DNA from: Octopus vulgaris
Lineage: Eukaryota
Direction of reading: 5' to 3'
Assembly (NCBI GenBank): GCA_951406725.2
Contig: OX597821.1
Location: forward strand, 28,954,001-29,018,000
DNA length: 64,000 bases
In this document: positions 1 to 13,404 of the stretch, one piece after another
Layout of the letters: each line of letters starts with the position of its first letter
Position numbering within the stretch: position 1 is the stretch's first letter
The notes under the pieces: model-generated
Seen by the model: the letters and a program-made list of their open reading frames with translations, nothing else
Database searches by the model: none
What the model was told of the DNA's origin: nothing
Made by a program: the position numbers and the translations under genes

Positions 1-959
1 TCTGGCTTTGTACCTTTATTTGCATGTGCGTGAGTGTGTGCGTGTGTGTGTGTGCGCGCACACATGATTGTATGCATATATATATATATCGCATACCGTA
101 CACACATATATACATACACACACTCAAAAATATACAAATACCTATGTATATTCATATGCTTTCATATATATATATATGTATATATATATATATTATATAT
201 TATATATATATATGTATATAAACACACTGACATACACACACACTTATAAATATATAGGTAGATAGATAGACACACACGCACATGCGCACATATACACATG
301 ACACATAGATCAAAGTGCCTCTGTATATATCTAGCTTTTTCCTCAGTTCTTTTCTCTGCATTTCTTGATAATACCCTGACTCATAGTGCCTCTCTAATGA
401 ATAATTTATAGCTTCCGCTTCCGTCTGTATCACCACAGTATATTTCTATGTAAGCCCAATTATGGATTTTCTCTTTCCCTTTTATTGATGTTCATCATTT
501 CTAGATCTATCCCTCACGTGGACATCTTTCGAGACATAAAACTTCAAATAAAAATGTGAATTAGAATTTACATTAATGTTCTTTTCAATTTTTGTCGCTT
601 TCTCGTTTTTGTGTTTTGGGTTTTTTAATAGAAACGTCAAGGCATATAGAAAATATTTATAAAAAAATTTAACTATTGATGTATACCATATTTTCCCACC
701 AGAATTACAATAAGAATGTAGGAATAAATGTTGTGATAGAAATGAAATAAACAAAAAATATACAGTGTGGCTGTGAGGCTAAACATTTCTCTTCGGAATC
801 ATATAATTCCATGTTCGATGCAACTCTGTGACTGTCACCTTAGACATGTGTAATCGACGTGGGTTTCAACTTTACCAATTTCTTTGTGAAGAAATTGCAC
901 AAAAAGATATCCCATGTGTGTGTGTGTCTGTCTGTCTTTCTGTGTGCGTGTATCCTTTA

Positions 960-1151
960 CTGTTTATTTGTTTCGGTCACAAGACTGTGGCCATGCTAGG
1001 GCACCGCCTTGAAGCAATTTAGTCGATCGAATTGACTTGATCTTTTCTTCATTTATTTATTCTATCGGTCTCTTTTGGCAAAAGCCTTATGTTACGTGAA
1101 CGGAAACACAGCAACACCGGCTTTCGAACGGTAGTGGTGGACAAAAGCAAC

Positions 1152-1196
<45 letters not shown>

Positions 1197-1375
1197 TTAT
1201 ATACGCACACACACATATATTTATATGTATATATAAAGATACAAAAGGTTTCTTTCAGTTTCAGCGAGCATAATTCGCTTACAAATCCTTGGTCGGCCCA
1301 AAATACCACCCAGTGGGAGTGATCCCGACACCATGAGGCTGGGAAGCAAACTTCTTACCACCCAGCTACGCTGGT
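960..1375 (-). mobile_element. SINE family A (tRNA-like head, internal microsatellite), diverged copy
   Basis: Reverse complement of the family A pattern seen intact at 21457-21860, including GGCCATGCT.GGGCACCGCC, an internal (CA)n and CTTCTTACCAC. Confidence 0.8.
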
Positions 1376-1421
1376 GCCAATTTCCACACATACATATATC
1401 TGTACAAATATATATGTATAC

Positions 1422-1561
<140 letters not shown>

Positions 1562-1786
1562 TATACATATATATAGATACATCTGTACAAATATATATGT
1601 ATAAATATATATACAGTGTGTGTATATATATATATTGATATTTTGTTTAGGCATAGCGAGACTAACACTCAACTAAGAGTCCACCACTTCTTAAAGCAGA
1701 AACACCTGTAAGCTAATGAAGTTCATAACATAACATTTGGTTTATTCCGGTTCCATCTCTTTTTTTTTTACATATATATATATATA

Positions 1787-2535
1787 CTAGCTTAAGGTGA
1801 CCCGCTCTACGCGCGGGTAAGAGTGTGGTTGTTGCTTTCTGTTGCTTCCTTTCTATTTTTTATCACCACATTCTCCCTCTTTGTTTCTCTCTCCTTTCTC
1901 TCTTACTCTTCCTATCGGACTCTCTCTCTCTCTCTCTCGCTTTTTCTTACTCCCTATCTTTCTCTATCTAACTCTCTCCCATTTATTAACAACAAAAGAT
2001 CTTGAGTAAGTTGAGAAAGATAATATTTTGAAAGATCAATCATAAATATCAGGCAGGGACAACAGAAAGGTCTGCTTCAAGGCAGACAGCAAAACACTAA
2101 CATTTAAAAGGGACAGACGAACTTGCGAGCTGAACAAAAATTTTAAAAAATATTGGAAACCGAAGTTTGAAAGGATAGAATCTGAGGATAGTAGAGTCAC
2201 AATGGCTGGCATTTCTTAACGACGGACAGCAACGTAGTGGCAGTTTAACGGCTGGCGTAAAATTTTGAACTTGATGTAAAAGAAAATTCCTAAACACCCG
2301 CTCCTGTAAAATTTAGTCCTCTTCCAGCCCCATTGAGACCCCTTTTCACATTTTGGTTAACATAACCCGATTTCATTTGGGTCTACTCGGGCCACATTTT
2401 ATAAGATGATGAATTTTGTCCTAGAGGTCACGCCTTTCATTTGAGGAAAAAATAGTTGCCATGCAAACTCGCCAGCACTTTTAACACAGGTGTGCATATT
2501 TTCAGCTCAACCGACCACATAATACGCACATTATA
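1787..2535 (-). mobile_element. Non-autonomous Helitron-like element
   Basis: CTAG at 1787 next to GC hairpin ACCCGC-N7-GCGGGT (1800-1818), the Helitron 3' signature on the minus strand; both ends lie in (TA)n. The far boundary is approximate. Confidence 0.6.
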
Positions 2536-2696
2536 TATATATATATATATATATATTATTTATATATATATATACGCATTAAATATATATATGTACGTAT
2601 ATACGCATTATATATGCAAATGTATACAAATTATATATATATATATATATAAAATACAGATATATACACTTTGTATATATACATTATATATACATG

Positions 2697-3027
2697 TGGA
2701 TCAGTGGTTAGAGCGTCGAGCTTACGATCGTGAGGTTGTGAGCTCGAATCCCGGACCGGGCTGCGTGTTGTGTTTTTGAGCAAGACACTTTATTTCACGT
2801 TGCTCCAGTTCACTCAGCTGTAGAAATGAGTTGCGACGTCACAGGTGCCAAGCTGTATCGGCCCTTGCCTTTCCCTTGGACAACATCGGTGACGTGGAGA
2901 GGGAGGCCGGTATGCATGGGCGACTGCTGGCCTTCCATAAAAAAAAGACAACCTTGCCCAGACTTGTGCCTCAGAAGGTAACTCTCTAGGTGCAAACCCA
3001 TGGTCAGTGTCTGACCAAAGGGGGTCA
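2697..3027 (+). mobile_element. SINE family C (tRNA head plus CORE-like domain)
   Basis: Box A TGG.TCAGTGG and box B-like GCTCGAATCC, then TTGAGCAAGACACTTTATTTCACGTTGCTCCAGTTCACTCAGCTGTAGAAATGAG; homologous copies at 4950, 41380 and 53341. Confidence 0.85.
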
Positions 3028-3185
3028 CCACCATATATTAAGCACACACGCATATAAATTAACCCAATAAATATCTGATTCATAATATCTGTTCCCGTGA
3101 TTGTGTGGTAGATGTGGCGATAATAGTTCTCCCTATGAATGCAGACAGACATAGAGAGAGAGAGGGGATTTAGAAGAAAGAGTGA

Positions 3186-3354
3186 TGCGGCCATGCTGGA
3201 GCACCGCCTTTCCGTCTACCAAATTCACTCATAAGGCTTTGGTCGGCCCGAGGGTATATTAGAAGACACTTGCCCAAGGTGCAACGCAGTGGGGATGAAC
3301 TCGGAACCATGTAGCTGGTAAGCAAGCTAGTTACCGCACAGCCACACCTGCGCC
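3186..3354 (-). mobile_element. SINE family A, short internally deleted form
   Basis: Head and tail joined at GAGCACCGCC|TTTCCGTCTACC; same junction at 52199-52367. Confidence 0.85.
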
Positions 3355-3696
3355 TATTGTACATAAACGTTTATCATAATGTAATTATCAAGCTTTATAA
3401 GTGTGGCATTAAGTGTAGTGGGTTTGAATCTTCGAATTTCAGGTACGATCAGTCTGACGGGTTTCTATATAGTTTCCGTCTGTCCAGTTTCACTCAAAAA
3501 TATGGGCCTACCAAATGCAACAGAAGTTAACATCTGCTCAAGATGGTAAGCAAGAGGATCGAACTGAAACCTTGTCGTTGCGAATATTTATGTATATGTG
3601 TTTACAGAGGTTTGTAGGTTTGTACTTGTAAGAAGAAGTGCGCCTGTATTTTGTATGTATATGTGTGCAAGCATCAATGTGTATATGTATGTATGC

Positions 3697-3759
<63 letters not shown>

Positions 3760-3760
<1 letters not shown>

Positions 3761-4138
3761 TAGCAGTATCGCCCGGCGTTGCTCAGGTTTGTAAGGGAAA
3801 TAACTATAAAGCATTTTTAGAGAGTTATAGCCAAAAAATAGCAAAAAAATGGAAAAAAATGATGGTAATTTTTTTTGGGAGATTTAAAAAAGGTGGAGTC
3901 GCGTCCCCTAGACAGTTTATGGTTTGTGTTTCTGATTCTCGACCCCATGTCGAATTTATCGATTTTTTTAAGAACTGGGGGAACTTTTCAAAATTTTCGC
4001 TGCGTTAGTTTTGAATTATGACATTGGGCTATGTGTGTGTCAAGTTTCATCAGAATCGGTTGAAAGCCATGGTCAGGGTGAGGGTACAAGCAAACAGACA
4101 CACAGAAACACGCACAGACAAACTGCCGTTTATATAGA
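3760..4138 (-). mobile_element. Complete non-autonomous Helitron
   Basis: Minus strand starts TCTATATAAACGGCAG (4138) and ends with an imperfect hairpin (plus strand CCCGGCGTTGCTCAGG) followed by CTAG (3760); A|T insertion site, no TSD. Confidence 0.8.
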
Positions 4139-4156
4139 TAGATATATATATATATA

Positions 4157-4356
<200 letters not shown>

Positions 4357-4527
4357 CACTCTCTAAAAATATATGGAAAACCTATATGTGATTTAGCTTA
4401 TGAATACTTGACATTATATTTGCTGTAATATTTGCAGCTTGAAATTAAATGTTTTTAGTATGAAACAATTGTACTAATCTACCGATCCATTCTTGTTGCT
4501 TTTTTCTTGGTTAGATAGATAGATAGG

Positions 4528-4593
<66 letters not shown>

Positions 4594-4949
4594 TGTACAC
4601 GCACACACACACCTATATATGTGTATCTACCAATAGTCGATGTATGTTGGTGGTCGGTTAAATATATAAACGCTGTCGTGAAACTCTATAAATCAGTTTT
4701 GTTCAAGCCAAAACCTTTTGTATTATTTTCTCCTCTAAGTAAATTACGTAGATGCGTGTCACGCTCTCTGTAACTCTCGCCACTGAAAAAATGTAATGAA
4801 TGAATGTATGGTCCTTTGCCAACTAATAACCAATGACACTCCTTTTCCCAAAATTGTTGTAAATTAAATATGAAATAAAAGCGAAATTGGTATCCTGGAG
4901 GCGTAACGTTTGCTGTTTTATATTGACCAACCAGATATTAATACTGCCG

Positions 4950-5255
4950 ATGGCTCAGCGGTTAGAACGTCGAACTCACAGTCATGCGGTCGTGAGTTCG
5001 TTTCCAAACAGGGCTGTTTGTTGTGTTCTTAAGCAAGACACTTTATTTCACGTTGCAGCGGAAATGAGTTTCGGCGTCAATGGCACCAAACTGTATTGGC
5101 CTTGGATAACATGAGTAGCGTGGAGCGGGGTGGCTGGTTTGCATAGGCGACTGCTGGTCTTCCATAAACAATCTTGACCGGACATGTGCTTCGGAAGGGA
5201 ACTATCTTGGTGCAATCTTATTGTCATTCATGACAGAAGGGGATCTTTACCCTTT
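4950..5255 (+). mobile_element. SINE family C, diverged
   Basis: Colinear with 2697-3027. Confidence 0.8.
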
Positions 5256-5315
5256 ACAAGATAGCGTAAATTCGACAATCACTATGTTGACCACCAAGCA
5301 AATTAAATTAAATCC

Positions 5316-5759
5316 GGATCTTTTCGGTTTGAACGGCAGTTTTTCAAGCGGTGTCATATGAAATTGTCACCCATAATTATGACCCTAGTATCGATCTATT
5401 GCATTTAAATCTGTTTTAGTGTTAGGGTTAGTTTGGGTTAGGGTTAGGGTAAGGTTTAGGGGTGGGGGAAAGGTATATTTTTTTTTCTTCACAAATGTAA
5501 ATAAACCCAATCTGTTTTTTAAACGAGGGACATATTCATACGGCACGGAATGTTTTTTACCTCAATAGACGTGTTTGATTGGTTGAAATTGCAGAAATTG
5601 AAGAAAAAAACAACAAATATCTCACAAACTATAGAATTTTCTCAATAAAGCCAATAGAAAAAGATGTTTCATAAACACATTCTACCAGTATACGAAGTTT
5701 AACATTTTTTACTTACCTAGAAATTATGTTAAAAACTGCCGTTCAAACGAAAAAGATCC
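5316..5759 (+). mobile_element. MITE with ~29-bp TIRs, 8-bp TSD and internal TTAGGG repeats (Merlin- or hAT-like)
   Basis: TIR GGATCTTTTCGGTTTGAACGGCAGTTTTT ... AAAAACTGCCGTTCAAACGAAAAAGATCC; TSD TTAAATCC at 5308-5315 and 5760-5767. Confidence 0.9.
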
Positions 5760-6545
5760 TTAAATCCCTGTCTGGATGCCGATATATGTGTGATATAGTT
5801 ATTGTTCCTATTGCAGACGTAATCCTTGTTTGTTTTTGTTATAGTGAAGGTGCCTGACCTAATGGGAAGTGTGCTGCGCTCATGATCGTCAGGCCGTAGG
5901 TTCCACTTCAGGACTTTGATGTGCGTTGAGTTCAAAAACACTTTAACTCCCATTGCGCTGTGGTCACTTCGATCGACATCTGACGTATAGCACACCTTTC
6001 CAAACGCACATGCAATGTCAACTTCAAGGAGAGAGTGATCATATGTGCTGCACAAATATTTGATCAGTATAAAAAAAATTTGTGCAGGCTCTTCAGCAAA
6101 AACTGCAGAACCATCATTCTCGAGAGAGTATCATATATATTTTATTATCGTATTCCGTCTTTTCAACTTTTTTCTCCTTCTTTCTTTAATTATTATTTCT
6201 TTCGTTTGTAGCATTACTCCATTGTTGTTAGTTCCCAAATCCTAATTAAATTTCTGTCGACACAGAAGCAGCAGGTTTGTAGCCAGATTATTTCGATATG
6301 TATGTAAGCATGTATTTACAAATGTGTGTTTGTACGTATGTATGTATATATGTATGCATGTATGTGGGTATGTATGTATTATGTACATAGTATTTATGTA
6401 TTATTATGTACATACGTATTTATGTATGTATGTAGGTAGGTAGGTAGTTTAGGCAGGTAGGTACTACGTACGTTGTTATGAACCATGTTCATACATAAAT
6501 TAACATATATGCATGTAATTATTGGTATACTTAGCTATATAGTTT

Positions 6546-6787
6546 TTTACTCTTTTACTTGTTTCAGCCATTTGACTGCGACCATGCTGGAGCACCGCCT
6601 TTAGTCGAGCAAATAGACTCCAGGACTTTTCTTTGTAACCCTAGTACTTATTCTATCGGTCTGCTTTGCCGAACCGCTAAGTTACGGGGACGTAAACAAA
6701 CCAGCATCTGTTGCCAAGCGATGTCGGTGGGGTCAAACATAGACACACAAACATACACACACACACAAACACACACAAATACACACA

Positions 6788-6857
<70 letters not shown>

Positions 6858-7022
6858 TACGGCGGGCTTCTTTCAGTTTCCCTCTACCAAATGAACTCAC
6901 AAGGCTTTGGTCGGCCCTAGGCTATAGTAGAAGACACTTGCCCAAGGTGCTACGCAGAGGGACTTAACCTGGAACCATGTGGTTGGTAAGCAAGCTACTT
7001 ACTACACAGCCACTCCTGCGCC
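6546..7022 (-). mobile_element. SINE family A, full length
   Basis: Near-complete reverse complement of 21457-21860 with internal (CA)n(TA)n. Confidence 0.9.
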
Positions 7023-7217
7023 TAATATCAGTAAATTTTTGTGTGACAATCTGGAAAAATAAGAATTCCAGGGGAAGAAAATGACCAGCCATTAAACACC
7101 TTATTGAATACAATTGTAAGTGGTAGAGTGAAAAAAAACAAGACTTTAATAAAGTTGAACATCTAACACTTATAATGGATGTTATCCAAGTTACAGTGTT
7201 GGGGATATAGAAATCTT

Positions 7218-7648
7218 GGATCTTTTCGGTTTGAACGGCAGTTTTTAACATAACTTCTAGGTAACTAGAAAATTTTAAACTTCGTATACTGGTAGAATAT
7301 GTTTATAAAACATCTTTTTCTCTTGGCTTTATTTAGAAAATTCTATAGTTTGTAAGATATTTGTTGTTTTTTTCTTCAATTTCTGCAATTTCAACCAATC
7401 AGTGACGTCTATTGAGTTAAAAAGCATTCTGCGCCGTATGAATATGTCCGTCGTTTAAGAAACAGATTGGGTTTATTTACATTTGTGAAGAAAAAGAAGA
7501 TACCGTTCCCTTTCCCCTAACCCTAACCCTAACTAACCCTAACCCTAAAAGAGATTGAAATGCAATAGATCGATTCTACGGTCATTATTATGGGTGACAA
7601 TTTCATATGACACCGCTAGAAAAACTGCCATTCAAACCGAAAAGATCC
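7218..7648 (-). mobile_element. Second, inverted copy of the TTAGGG-containing MITE
   Basis: Same TIRs; internal CCCTAA repeats at about 7515-7548; TSD GAAATCTT/AAAATCTT (1 mismatch). Confidence 0.9.
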
Positions 7649-8191
7649 AAAATCTTTATTAGAAACCAGCTCCTTCTTAAACGAGAAATCCAAATATTTC
7701 AAATATAAATAAAGAAACCCTAATGCAAATGTCTTAACGTTAGTGATAAATTACTCATATTATACACAAGAAATCTATTGTCCATAACTCGGCAAATTGG
7801 GGTAAAATAATTTAGATGCACTTGGAGATTAAATGGAAAACAAAATTAAGATCTTGAACCTTACTTCTTGCTGCCGAAGCTCCTGTATTTTATCCCTGTA
7901 CTTAAACAGTGTACCGCAAAAATACCTCAGATTTACCAAATTTTATAAATGTTTCAATATTCAAACAAGCGGTTTGCTCCGATTCAATATATGATGGTAG
8001 CGGAAAAAACTAAACAAAATGGTAAAAAATTAGTTGAGCGAGACATCGTTACCACTTGAGCCATTTAAGGGCCACAAAATATAAAAGCAGTTATTCTGTT
8101 TCAGACTGTAGTTTCACATATAGAGAATATGTGTTAACTTCTACACTCATTCACACACACATACACACACATACACACACATATATATATG

Positions 8192-8720
8192 CATATTATC
8201 GATCGCGCATACATAGTCTACGTTTTTTGGTCTATACCCGGAATTTGCTGCGGAATAGCGTCTGGAAAAGCTCCTTGTATAAACGCTGAGGGTTAAAAAA
8301 CACCTGAATGTTATATACAGGTGAGACAACTCACCTCGGATTCAATCTAAGAATGGTATATACCGATATTTAGCCTGAGATCTATAATTTTGACATTACA
8401 TAATTTAATTTACTTTCACATCTGATTCGTCATGGTACATCAGTAAACAGCTTTCACTCTTTTTGTATATAAGTCATAGACCAGAGATTCGATTCGATTC
8501 GTCTGGGAATGATCTATATGCGTGCTATTGAAAAGCCAGAATAATGAAATATCGATATCTACCACTCTTGGATTCAATCCAGCGCGGGCTATCTTATCTC
8601 ATCTATGATATTCAGGTGTTCTTTAACTCTCAGCGTTGTGCAAGAAAATTTTCCCGACCCTATTCTGCAGTAAATTCGGCGCGCAAACAGAACGCACACT
8701 GTATATGCGATCGATAATGT
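8192..8720. mobile_element. Old foldback/MITE with ~175-bp imperfect terminal inverted repeats
   Basis: 8192-8370 (ATTATCGATCGC...AACGCTGAGGGTTAAAAAACACCTGAAT...CGATATTT) is the inverse of 8547-8720. Confidence 0.7.
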
Positions 8721-8795
8721 TTACATTACCAGAGCTGTTTCTAATTCGTAATTTTATACACACATACACACACACACACACAAGCACATACACAA

Positions 8796-8832
<37 letters not shown>

Positions 8833-8849
8833 TTAATATATACATTCTC

Positions 8850-8968
8850 TTATTCTTTTATTCTTTTGCTAAATTCACTCATTTGAATGCGGCCATGCTC
8901 GAGCATCGCCTTGACATATACATATACCTATATATATGTGTGTATGTATATATATATATATGTATATA

Positions 8969-9056
<88 letters not shown>

Positions 9057-9240
9057 TATACGCTTCGTATATATTTATATACGAAGTGCTTCTTTCAGTT
9101 TCGATTAACCAAATCTACTCACAAATCTCTGGTGGTCTCGAGGCTTTAGCAGAAGACACTCTCCCAAGGTGTTACGTAGTGGGACTGAACCCGAACCCTT
9201 TGACTGGGAAGCAAGCTTCTTACCACACAGCCACGCCAGC
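8850..9240 (-). mobile_element. SINE family A, diverged; middle replaced by (TA)n
   Basis: Tail GCGGCCATGCTCGAGCATCGCC and head CTTACCACACAGCCAC recognisable. Confidence 0.8.
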
Positions 9241-9286
9241 ACTTATATATATATGAGTAAGTATCTCATTTACTTCTTTGCCACAT

Positions 9287-9342
9287 GTATCACTGACGAA
9301 GGGAGGGTTCTTTTTGAACTAACCTTGAAATGGGTCCGATAT
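9287..9342 (+). ncRNA. Minimal type I hammerhead ribozyme-like motif
   Basis: GTATCA-CTGACGA-stem II (AGG..GTTC TTTTT GAAC..CCT)-GAAA-TGG-GTC-CGATAT. Confidence 0.55.
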
Positions 9343-9477
9343 GGTAATAATGGAATTTTTTAGAGATTTCTGTCGCCCTTTTTCGAGTAGAAAAAAATGA
9401 TATGGTAAATGGACAATATGTCCAATTTTCGGCATATTTGGCATTAGAAATGTTTTCGTTTGCCCTTATTTATAAGT

Positions 9478-9526
<49 letters not shown>

Positions 9527-9983
9527 CCACGCTGTTAGTACTATTGTTAATAAATACAGGCCAGCCACGTTGCGTGGTTGATGCAAAATTTATGTCTTAA
9601 GTATCACTAATCTCACTTTGTTTACATTATTACAACTTCTATTCTTTGTAACCTCTGAGGAGAAGTGTCTGTGCCATAATCTCTAAAGAATTTTAACGAC
9701 CATGCAACGAATCACATTGACATTCATCCCTCCTTAGCGAAGATGTTGCGGCTTATCCAAGGCGTATATTTCAATAATGATAATAAATATATCAAAAATA
9801 TAGCACGTGACTTCCGACTATGAATTTGCTTATAACTCGGTTTCCTAGGACCATTCGACGTTTTTGTATCCAAAAGGCGTTTTTAATCCAATATCAAGTT
9901 GCTATTACTTGTAGCTTATTTGCTTCACAGTCCAGCGTTACTAAATGAATTGTATAGATATATATGTAAAAGTAGATACTTAA

Positions 9984-10014
<31 letters not shown>

Positions 10015-10039
10015 CATACATACATACATACATACATAC

Positions 10040-10600
10040 ATGGTGGCTGCCCCCTCGTTATCGAGTACGGCCATTGCACGAAACAATGTTGTTATCGTGC
10101 AATGTCTGTGCAAGAAGATTATTTTTAAAGTGAGGAAAGGCTGTGCACTGAGCCAATCCCACTCACTAAGCAACAGCAGCCTTAATCCGAAAAGAACAAG
10201 TCAACATCATCGGTAACCACTGAGCCGCAGGTTTTATGTCGGAGTTATCCCAGTTACCTGAGTTACCTTCTCCTAGAAGGATGCCCTAACAAAGGCTAGG
10301 AGTCCTTCACCCCCAATGGTTTAGCCGCGCGATCGGGTATTCAGTCCGATTATTTCTATGTCCCCGCGCATGATACAGCCTTAAGCCTTAAAAAAAATTA
10401 CACATTTATTGGATGGCCGTTGACTCTCAAGAGTTCCTCTACCCTTTGACGGGTTTTGTTTTTCATCCCGCAGGGTGTCCAAAAAACACCCTCCTCACCA
10501 AGCAAGCTTGGTGGGGTTGCCTGTTTAGTCGCCGACGACCCCACCATGCAACAGGTTGTACTGGGTTACATGTTACCGGTAGCACTCGAAAGTGACCTGA
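10040..10600 (-). mobile_element. Non-coding retroelement, possibly derived from RTE UTRs
   Basis: GC-richer 560-bp block flanked on both sides by (TACA)n; contains CCTTCTCCTAG..AAAGGCT, resembling RTE 5' UTRs from recall; strand and class are inferred. Confidence 0.4.
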
Positions 10601-10689
10601 CATATACATACATACATATATACATAATATGGGTGGCTAATTCGCAATTTTACATCCTAAAAGCAGAAATATATAGGTCACTAATGTGC

Positions 10690-10905
10690 CTAAGGGCACT
10701 AGTCGGCACCAATATTGCTAGAAATAAGAGTCCAAACAACTCGATAGCCACAACAATCAATTCTTAATGAGTGACTAGGGAAGCAAGCTCCCTACGGCAG
10801 TAGACATACCTTGCCTCTCTTGTAAGTCATTAAGAAGTGGTTACTGTGGCTATTGAGTTGTTTTTCTCTTATTTCTAGCAATACTGGTGTTAATTAGAGC
10901 CCTTA
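10690..10905. repeat. Imperfect long palindrome
   Basis: TAAGGGC..CACCAATATTGCTAGAAATAAGAG..TAGCCACA..TTCTTAATGA is mirrored by TCATTAAGAA..TGTGGCTA..CTCTTATTTCTAGCAATACTGGTG..GCCCTTA. Confidence 0.8.
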
Positions 10906-10915
10906 ATTATATATA

Positions 10916-11093
10916 CACGAGTAGGTTCTAAAATGTCCCTAACTTTGTGTAAAAAAAAAACATACACACGGATCAGTTAATTCCGATTTTATTCAACATA
11001 TATCCCCTCAGATTCCCCCCAGCTATTGCAAATGTGCTTCTGTTTATCTAATCACGCCTTTCACGATATCAAGGAACTTTTCAGTACGCCCTC

Positions 11094-11096
<3 letters not shown>
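10916..11096. mobile_element. Tc1/mariner-derived MITE remnant
   Basis: Right TIR AGGAACTTTTCAGTACGCCCTCG-TA; degenerate left TIR CACGAGTAGG..AAAATGTCCCT. Confidence 0.55.
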
Positions 11097-11164
<68 letters not shown>

Positions 11165-11292
11165 GCATATGCGTGTATTTTTGTCAGCTGACTGAACGGG
11201 AACAACGCTAAATGAAGTATTTTGCTTAAGAGCACAACGCATCGTCCGATCCAGCATGCGACTTCACACGCATATATATACACCCGCTCATA

Positions 11293-11515
11293 TACAAGTG
11301 GGTGATGAAACGTTCCTGGCTTTAAGGATGTGAACGAAAAGCCTGGTTGAAGGCCCATTATATCGGGATTCCGTTACAGAGCTTAGAAAAAGCCAAGGTG
11401 TGCTGCAATAAGTTGTCTGAATCTGAAAGGAGATTGTGTTCAATAAAATCATAATTACCTTATCTTCCTGTATTTTCTTTTACCCAAAGTCAGGAACTTT
11501 TCAGCACCCCTCGTA
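11293..11515. mobile_element. Tc1/mariner-derived MITE
   Basis: TA-CAAGTGGGTGATGAAACGTTCCTGGCTTT ... AAAGTCAGGAACTTTTCAGCACCCCTCG-TA; TA TSD. Confidence 0.7.
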
Positions 11516-11517
11516 TG

Positions 11518-11578
<61 letters not shown>

Positions 11579-11604
11579 ACACACTCACACACACATAATA
11601 TGTT

Positions 11605-11810
11605 TACCACGTGGCGATTTTCTTTCTCCGTCTTCCCTTCCTTGGACCTTTCCTTTTTCTATGCTTCTGACGAAGAGCTCCGCTCGAACTGTTAAATTCT
11701 CCTTCTTTCTTTTCTTTCCTAAGCATCCAATAACACCATACATGTTTCACGTCCTCGCGTTGTTGTATTTTCTCTTTGTTCATGTTTGGATTAACTATGA
11801 ATTTTATACA
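11605..11810 (+). mobile_element. Penelope-like element terminus with degenerate hammerhead
   Basis: CTGACGA-A-GAGC TCC GCTC-GAAC-TGTT at 11667-11693; homologous to 47930-48135 and 20197-20275. Confidence 0.65.
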
Positions 11811-11825
11811 TACATACATACAGAC

Positions 11826-11923
<98 letters not shown>

Positions 11924-12499
11924 ACGTACATACATGTCCTTTCCGTGGTCAGATGAATTGTGGCTACTAACAAATTATATTGGGTGGATTTAACAAATTC
12001 AATAACATGAAAAAGAGAAATAAAGAGAGAATGGGTGGTGTGCTGAAATAGACGAATATTTGTGATTTGATATGTGCTAAAAATCCCTGAGTTTTCGCGT
12101 ATATCATCAATAATTCTTAATATCTCTCGAAAAGAGGTGATAGGGACGAGATGGGACCAAATTTTTGCGATGTCAAGTCTAAATCTGACAGAGATTAATT
12201 TTCACAACTGAAGTTGAATATAAAGAAAAATATGTGTATATAGTGTGTTTTTGTGTCTATGATTGCGTGTATCTCTGTGTGTGTATGTGTGTTTTGGGAT
12301 GAAATACTTCAGATATTTCAGAGATTTGGTTGGGGAGATGTACGGACGTGATACTTCATCATGATTATGTCTTCAGTATATGAAATTTGTTCTCATTTAC
12401 GAGAAAAAAAAAAATCAATTAACTGTTGTACTAAAATAAACTACGCGTTCGTTGATTAATGTCAGAACAGCTGCTTTCAGCGTGGTTTTACTTTTATAT

Positions 12500-12821
12500 G
12501 TAGGCGTAGCTGTGCGATATAAGAAGTTTGCTTCTCAACCACGTGGTTCCGTGTTCAGTACCGCTATGTGTTGCCTTGGGCATGTGTCTTCTCCTATAAC
12601 CCAAGGCTGACTAAATCCTTGTGAGTGGATTTAGGCGACGGAAACTGAAAGAATCCCGTCATGTGAGTGTGTGTGTGTGTGTGTGTAATAATGGCCCAGC
12701 ATGTCTGCAGCTCAATAACTGAATCAAGAAGATTGAACTCACACACACATGTAAGTAACACATAAGTATGCATGGCGGTGCCCCTGCATGGCCACAGCTC
12801 GTGAGCTGAAACTAGATAAAA

Positions 12822-12822
<1 letters not shown>
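12500..12822 (+). mobile_element. SINE family A, diverged
   Basis: Head AGGCGTAGCTGTG..., GACGGAAACTGAAAGAA, tail GGCGGTGCCCCTGCATGGCCACAG. Confidence 0.75.
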
Positions 12823-12880
<58 letters not shown>

Positions 12881-13404
12881 CGTGACTATGCTCTCGCTTA
12901 ATATTGTTAAAATCTTGTAATTGGGTCCTGATGAAATATTTAGGGCGATTGCATTTTCATCGTAAGGATAGTAGAGTTATTGTATGTTTTACGATTAAAT
13001 ATATGTGCCCTTCGCGATGCGACAGTCATAAACATCTTCACACGCACCACCTGACAAATCCATGTGGCACCGTTTGAACTGTTAGTTTAACACGTGCTTG
13101 GTGAGGTAGCTCTGGGCACTCGTTAGATGATTTCGACAAATAAAATACGTTCACCTTCTCCGATGTATATAAACAGCATCTTGTTCCATTCATATAAGAA
13201 GTGACTAACTTTTTGTTTTTCATTTAGTGGTACACGGTTGCTAAATTGAAATTGCCACATCACCACTTTTTACTTGGTTTGTTATATTCATCGTGCAAAA
13301 TCGTGTTACAACAGGTATTGACGTATCTTGGAACATTCTTTATGCTAATTATAAACATATGCACAGATTCTATTTGAACTTTATTCTTATTAGTCACCTA
13401 AAAG

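Noticed and set aside
5420-5468. TTAGGG repeats as a telomere or fusion scar
   Set aside because: Short, degenerate and internal to a TIR/TSD-bounded MITE present twice
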